This document shows positions 59,206 through 64,000 of a DNA stretch of 64,000 nucleotides, piece after piece. The stretch is from an uncultured virus (IMG/VR IMGVR_UViG_3300020385_000006) (lineage: Duplodnaviria; Heunggongvirae; Uroviricota; Caudoviricetes). Positions within the stretch are counted from its first letter, which is position 1. Each line of letters opens with the position of its first letter. The translations under genes and the position numbers were made by a program. The stretch is taken from the IMG/VR virus record IMGVR_UViG_3300020385_000006, positions 1-64,000 of that record; one strand, written 5' to 3'. The notes under the pieces are model-generated. The model searched no databases and was not told the origin of the DNA. It saw only the letters and a list, made by a program, of their open reading frames with translations.

Positions 59206-60561
59206 TTATTCAAAACCTGAATTTTGAGTTTCTTGGTATTTTCTAGCTAGCATTTGCCTAGCTAATTCATTACCATTATCCATTTGCTTTTGAGTATCTT
59301 TACCTTGTATTGACGTATCTGTATATATGTCAAATTGTCCATTTGATGTATTCATTTTACTTGGTAATGTTATTCCATCCGGACCAAAACGATTTTTAAT
59401 AACATGCCAGCGACCAGTTCCTGCCAATTTATCTTGTACTTTTCTTGATAATGATAATATGAAATCTGCAACCATTACTTTACCATATGATTCAGAAACT
59501 TTACTAGCATCAATAACATCTTCTTCTAATGCAGATCTATTTGCTTGAGATGCAGTCCAGACTGGTATTTCATATTCTCCGGCCATTCCTCGTAAATCTT
59601 CATAAATACCTTCAAGTTCATGACGTTTTTCTTGACCATGGCCTCGTAAAAGATCTGCATAATCAACAATTATAACATCTGGCTTTTTATCTTGCATTAT
59701 ACATTTTTCAATATGAGATCGTATACCCATTACAGATACAGATTTTGTAGGATAATGTTTAATAATTAATTCACCATTAATTTTAGTCAATTGTTCTTTA
59801 ACTTCATCCATATAATGTTTTAGGTTCTGCTGAGCTATTCCTGTTATAACAGAATCATACCGCAATCCTACATATGCTTCATTTAACTCTAATGTATAAT
59901 GCAATACAGTTTTACCTTTCTTCACTGCATTTGCTCCAATATTCATTAATGCCCAGGACTTACCAATACCTGCCGGTGCAACCATAACTCCTAACTCACC
60001 TTTACCTAATCCACCATCTGTTAATTCGTTAATTACCTCCCATGGTGTTTCTTGTACATGTCTTACTGCCTCACTATAACGTTCTTCAATATTAGTCATA
60101 TATTCATGGCCAATATCTTTATCTCCACCTGATTTTAATGCATCATCAACAGCTGCCTTTATTTCTTCATATTTACCATGTTTAAGTAATTCTACCGAAG
60201 ATAATATAGCTTTTTTAATTTCTTGATTTTTACAAAAATCTAATGCCTGTTCTTTAATGAATTCTAAATCTGGTGCATCTGTATATCGCCATGCGTCTTT
60301 AAGATGCTCTACAACTTGAGTTTTTAGAACATCATGATCTAAATCTTCCATCTTCACTTTCATTACTTCTAATGTAGGTGATGATTTATATTCTTTATGG
60401 TATTCAAGGATTATGTCAACTATCCAGTTATTAGCTTCTGATTCGAAATATTTAGGAACCATTATATCTGATATTTGTTGTAAAAAACTTTTATCAGTTA
60501 ATAAAGCCGTTATAACTTTTACTTGAAATGCATATCCGTATGAACTTAATCTATCTGTCAT
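59206..60561 (-). CDS. replicative DNA helicase (DnaB / T4 gp41-like)
   Basis: APAGIGKS, YTLE, IVDYADLL, WTASQANR, KNRFG. Confidence 0.92.
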   Translation of the reverse strand: MTDRLSSYGYAFQVKVITALLTDKSFLQQISDIMVPKYFESEANNWIVDIILEYHKEYKSSPTLEVMKVKMEDLDHDVLKTQVVEHLKDAWRYTDAPDLEFIKEQALDFCKNQEIKKAILSSVELLKHGKYEEIKAAVDDALKSGGDKDIGHEYMTNIEERYSEAVRHVQETPWEVINELTDGGLGKGELGVMVAPAGIGKSWALMNIGANAVKKGKTVLHYTLELNEAYVGLRYDSVITGIAQQNLKHYMDEVKEQLTKINGELIIKHYPTKSVSVMGIRSHIEKCIMQDKKPDVIIVDYADLLRGHGQEKRHELEGIYEDLRGMAGEYEIPVWTASQANRSALEEDVIDASKVSESYGKVMVADFILSLSRKVQDKLAGTGRWHVIKNRFGPDGITLPSKMNTSNGQFDIYTDTSIQGKDTQKQMDNGNELARQMLARKYQETQNSGFE

Positions 60562-60590
60562 ACTTAATTATAATAATTTTTTTTCAATAA

Positions 60591-61640
60591 TCAAAGAGAA
60601 GTGTAAGCATTTAATGCATTGAATGAAGTATGTAACCAGGAATCTAAATCTTTTATTACCGTATACATTTTATCTGCCATGAACATTTTCTTAAACTCAT
60701 ATGTATTTGTACGATCAACTTTACCTTTAACTTTATCCAGAGTTAACATTTTCGCGCCACCATGTATATTAACTTCTTTTAATTGCATAAGGTCATAATT
60801 TAGTTGCAATGTTTCTTTATTTTGTAACACAGTTTCATGAACTTTATATTTCTTATCAACGTTATCCGCATATTCAACTATTTCATCAACTGTTATCTCT
60901 CTATCTTCACATATTATAGGAAAATGTTTAATCAAACTTTTTGTTCCTACACCCTTTATGCCAGGAATATTATCCGATTTATCACCAATAAACGTTCTGT
61001 ACAACAAGTAATTTTCAGGACTAAATCCAAATTCTTCTTTCATTAGACTTGGAGTATATAACTTCTTTTTTATAGGACTCCATACTGAAATACGATCATT
61101 TACCAATTGTAAAAAATCTCTATCCGTTGATACAATAGTTGCTCTATTTTCTTTTTCTGTATATAATTCATTGGCAATATATGCCATTATATCATCCGCT
61201 TCAACGTTATCAACTGATAATGTTGTAATTGGTAAACAATTAAGATATTGAGCCAATCTTCCAAACTGACGGCGCATACTATCTTGTTCATCTTCTAATG
61301 AAGCAAATTCTTGATATCTATTAAATGCTGTTTTATTTGCACGATTGGCTTTGTAATTTGGATAAATTGCCTTACGACGTTTTGAACCACCTTTTCCATC
61401 AAATACAATTACACATCTAGTAGGTTTTAACTGACGGATATTGGCAGCAACGGACCGTAAAAAGCCCGTTACTCCTCCAATATGTTGTCCATCATCATTT
61501 AGAGCCGGAACGGCTGAAAACACTCTAATGAATGTATTCAGTCCGTCAATGATTAAAAGATGGCTGTCTTTACTTGACCCCGTTCCTTGCTCATGCTCCC
61601 TTTCCACTTCTCGTAGTATGTTAAGATATTTAGAATCCAT
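60591..61640 (-). CDS. 5'-3' exonuclease / phage RNase H (FEN family)
   Basis: IIDGLN, VFDG, YKANR, EADD, STDRDF, GDKSDNIPGIKGVG. Confidence 0.92.
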   Translation of the reverse strand: MDSKYLNILREVEREHEQGTGSSKDSHLLIIDGLNTFIRVFSAVPALNDDGQHIGGVTGFLRSVAANIRQLKPTRCVIVFDGKGGSKRRKAIYPNYKANRANKTAFNRYQEFASLEDEQDSMRRQFGRLAQYLNCLPITTLSVDNVEADDIMAYIANELYTEKENRATIVSTDRDFLQLVNDRISVWSPIKKKLYTPSLMKEEFGFSPENYLLYRTFIGDKSDNIPGIKGVGTKSLIKHFPIICEDREITVDEIVEYADNVDKKYKVHETVLQNKETLQLNYDLMQLKEVNIHGGAKMLTLDKVKGKVDRTNTYEFKKMFMADKMYTVIKDLDSWLHTSFNALNAYTSL

Positions 61641-62785
61641 TAGCTTTCTTCGTTAACAAATTCTTCTGATATCGTAACATCATCTATTCCAATGTCCTCA
61701 CCCGGCTTATATTTAAGTATATATGCTTCACAGATTTGAGTATATATCTCATCTTTAAGGCCGTCAAGTTCTTCTAGTTTCTTTTCAAAATCTTTTGATA
61801 AGAATTTAACTTCAGAACCATCTGCTCTAGTAAATGTATACCATGCACCTGCTGTTGCTACTAACTTAAACTGCTTCATAATGTTTAGCCATCCACCGTA
61901 ATTATCAATACCTGATTCAAAATAGATATCATAATCAACAGTTTTTAATGGCGGTCCCATTCTGTTTTTAACCACTTGGCATCTAGTCTTGATTCCGATA
62001 GCCTGATCGACTCCATCTTTCTTAACTTTGATTTGACCAACTGATTTTAATCGTAACCGTACCGAGGCATGGAATGGAATAGCTTTACCACCAGAGGTAG
62101 TATAAGGATCACCAAATGCTACTCCTAATCTAGTCCTTAATTGATTTGTAAATATTAAACAAATCTTTTCACGGCCTATCATATTAGTAAGCTTTCGCAT
62201 ACCTTTTGATAAAATGATAGCTTTACTAGTTGCATAACCATCTTTATCAAATTCCTTTGCCATTTCAATTTTCGTAGAAGCACCCATTACAGAATCCACT
62301 ACAATTGTAACTAAACGATCTTTATTTGATTCACGTATTTTTACAACTATACTTTCAATTGCTTCAAATATATCTTCAATAGTTTCTAATGGAACATATA
62401 ACATCTTTTCAAGATCAAGTCCAATTGCTTCTAAAAACTCTCGAGAGATTGCATTTTCAGTATCAATATAAACGGCTAGGCCGCCTTCTTTTTGACAATT
62501 TGCCAATGCATGGGCTGCTAGTAACGATTTACCAGATGCTTCTAAACCTGTAATTTCAGATATTCTTCCGACTGGAAAGCCACCTTCTTTACGATTTGAA
62601 ATTGCAAGATCGAGCATTGATGATCCACTACCTACCCAGCCACGTACTTCGCTAGGAGCTTTTGTATCACCGTCTAAGAAAAATGCAGTTTGATATCCTG
62701 TATTCTTAAACTTTTTATTAAGACTATCGGCTAATTCTACAGCCAAAGAGTCTGCTAACTCGCTTTTCGTTTTTGATTTTGCCAT
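61640..62785 (-). CDS. recA: RecA/UvsX recombinase
   Basis: GLEASGKS, YIDTE, VVDSV, NQLR, TSGGKAIPFHASVRL, KNR. Confidence 0.92.
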   Translation of the reverse strand: MAKSKTKSELADSLAVELADSLNKKFKNTGYQTAFFLDGDTKAPSEVRGWVGSGSSMLDLAISNRKEGGFPVGRISEITGLEASGKSLLAAHALANCQKEGGLAVYIDTENAISREFLEAIGLDLEKMLYVPLETIEDIFEAIESIVVKIRESNKDRLVTIVVDSVMGASTKIEMAKEFDKDGYATSKAIILSKGMRKLTNMIGREKICLIFTNQLRTRLGVAFGDPYTTSGGKAIPFHASVRLRLKSVGQIKVKKDGVDQAIGIKTRCQVVKNRMGPPLKTVDYDIYFESGIDNYGGWLNIMKQFKLVATAGAWYTFTRADGSEVKFLSKDFEKKLEELDGLKDEIYTQICEAYILKYKPGEDIGIDDVTISEEFVNEES

Positions 62786-62795
62786 TTATAGCCTT

Positions 62796-63569
62796 TTAGT
62801 CGTTGAATAACTCATCAAATGCAGCAGATACATCATCTACTTTATTGACACCAGCTGGAGCCGGTTCTGGAGCTTTTTGAGTTGTAACTGGTTCTGCTGT
62901 AGCCGTTTCTGTTTCTCCTTCAGGATTCAGATACGTTTCTAGAGCAGCTTTAAGATCATCATATGATGGTTCTTTAAAAATTACTGCCAAATCTGGTTGC
63001 TGTTTCGCAACACGTTCTGCAACATTTTTATCTTCTGTCATCATAGTGACATTAGGCTTTACACGAATTGATGTTTTTGGATATTGACCAGGACCATCTG
63101 CTGGAGTAAATTCTACTACAATGTCACGTCCGCCACTTGGATCTGTAATATCGCCATAATCAGGATCTGTAATAAATCCTAATAGCTCTTGATAAACAGT
63201 TTTACCAAATCCCCACATCTTAACGCCTTCAGATTCTTTACCTCTTACAATTACCGGAACATATGTTCTCATCTTAGGTTCCATCTGTTTACCTAGTTTC
63301 CATTCATCTGAATTACCAGATGCTTTTAACTTTTCACAGAACTCCACTACTGGATCTGGTTTTCCGTTTGTAACTGGAGATAAGTAATTTTTCTTACCTA
63401 AGTTGTAATGAAAATAAAGTTCTTGGAATGGATTATCTCTATCATGCTGATAAGGTACAATTCTTACTACTTGCTTGCCAGGTTCTGGCTTCCAGAGATT
63501 GTCGCGACGAGCGCCGGTTGTTTGTAATTGATTAAGTTTCGCTTTAATTGCGTCTAAATTAATTGCCAT
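62796..63569 (-). CDS. single-stranded DNA-binding protein (gp32-like)
   Basis: LWKP, VRIVP, DITD-GRD, acidic C-terminus AFDELFND; promoter at 63610-63641. Confidence 0.8.
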   Translation of the reverse strand: MAINLDAIKAKLNQLQTTGARRDNLWKPEPGKQVVRIVPYQHDRDNPFQELYFHYNLGKKNYLSPVTNGKPDPVVEFCEKLKASGNSDEWKLGKQMEPKMRTYVPVIVRGKESEGVKMWGFGKTVYQELLGFITDPDYGDITDPSGGRDIVVEFTPADGPGQYPKTSIRVKPNVTMMTEDKNVAERVAKQQPDLAVIFKEPSYDDLKAALETYLNPEGETETATAEPVTTQKAPEPAPAGVNKVDDVSAAFDELFND

Positions 63570-63685
63570 TTTTTTCCTTTTTTAATTATTAATGGTTATT
63601 TATTATTTGTTAATATAAGAAACTTATTTCACTCTACCAAAGGTTTTTTGAAAAAAGTTTAAATTTATTTGTTATTTGTTATTTG

Positions 63686-63922
63686 TTAAGCTATTGTCCA
63701 TTGTCTAACACCAGACACTACATTTACCGCAGTAACGCGCCATGGTATTTTAAATGCTTGTAAAAATTCATTTGTATCTGCGACTGTTGTTTTCATTACA
63801 AATGTTTCTGCTAAACCATATGGATAACCGAACCAAGTATCCCATTTTTCTAATGCTTGAGATTCTGTGATAATATCACCGGGATTAAATGCTTTGAAAT
63901 CTGCTGAATATACATCTGCCAT
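63686..63922 (-). CDS. hypothetical protein
   Basis: ORF track 78 aa; promoter TTAG-N20-TATATTTA at 63944-63975. Confidence 0.65.
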   Translation of the reverse strand: MADVYSADFKAFNPGDIITESQALEKWDTWFGYPYGLAETFVMKTTVADTNEFLQAFKIPWRVTAVNVVSGVRQWTIA

Positions 63923-64000
63923 AACTTACTCTTTTATTTAATATAAATATAATGAATAGTTTTCAATTATCCTAATTAATCTACTTTGATGTTTCTACGA

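Noticed and set aside
63665..63687. TTATTTG three times in tandem
   Set aside because: Low-complexity AT-rich intergenic sequence with no supportable function.

Overview
AT-rich, gene-dense 64 kb segment of a large tailed dsDNA bacteriophage with T4-like replication genes. Essentially all real genes are on the minus strand; the plus-strand ORFs are antisense shadows. A Bacteroidota (Flavobacteriales-like) host is inferred from about 17 copies of a TTTG-N19/20-TAnnTT(T/A/G)A promoter, a T9SS C-terminal-domain cargo protein and a Bacteroidota-type ClpS. From right to left the window holds: (i) a replication and nucleotide block (gp32-like SSB, RecA/UvsX, 5'-3' exonuclease, gp41/DnaB helicase, class II RNR, PolB, sliding clamp, clamp loaders, dUTPase, GroEL/GroES, PD-(D/E)XK nuclease) interleaved with 7-deazaguanine genes (queD, queE, folE, TGT-fold dpdA; no queC or queF in the window); (ii) an ~18 kb sugar-nucleotide and glycosyltransferase island; (iii) putative late or virion genes behind an ATATTTATA motif; (iv) a T9SS cargo + beta-barrel + thioredoxin cassette; (v) small early genes, a QueD-paralog (DpdL-like) gene and a MoxR AAA+/VWA pair. 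The best candidate for an undescribed system is a promoter-delimited, tightly coupled unit of unknown protein + GT-B glycosyltransferase + DpdA, which with the CDG-only pathway, a DpdL-like protein, HPRT and Nmad1 suggests a glycosylated 7-deazaguanine DNA hypermodification. All functional calls come from motif recognition by eye; no database search was run.
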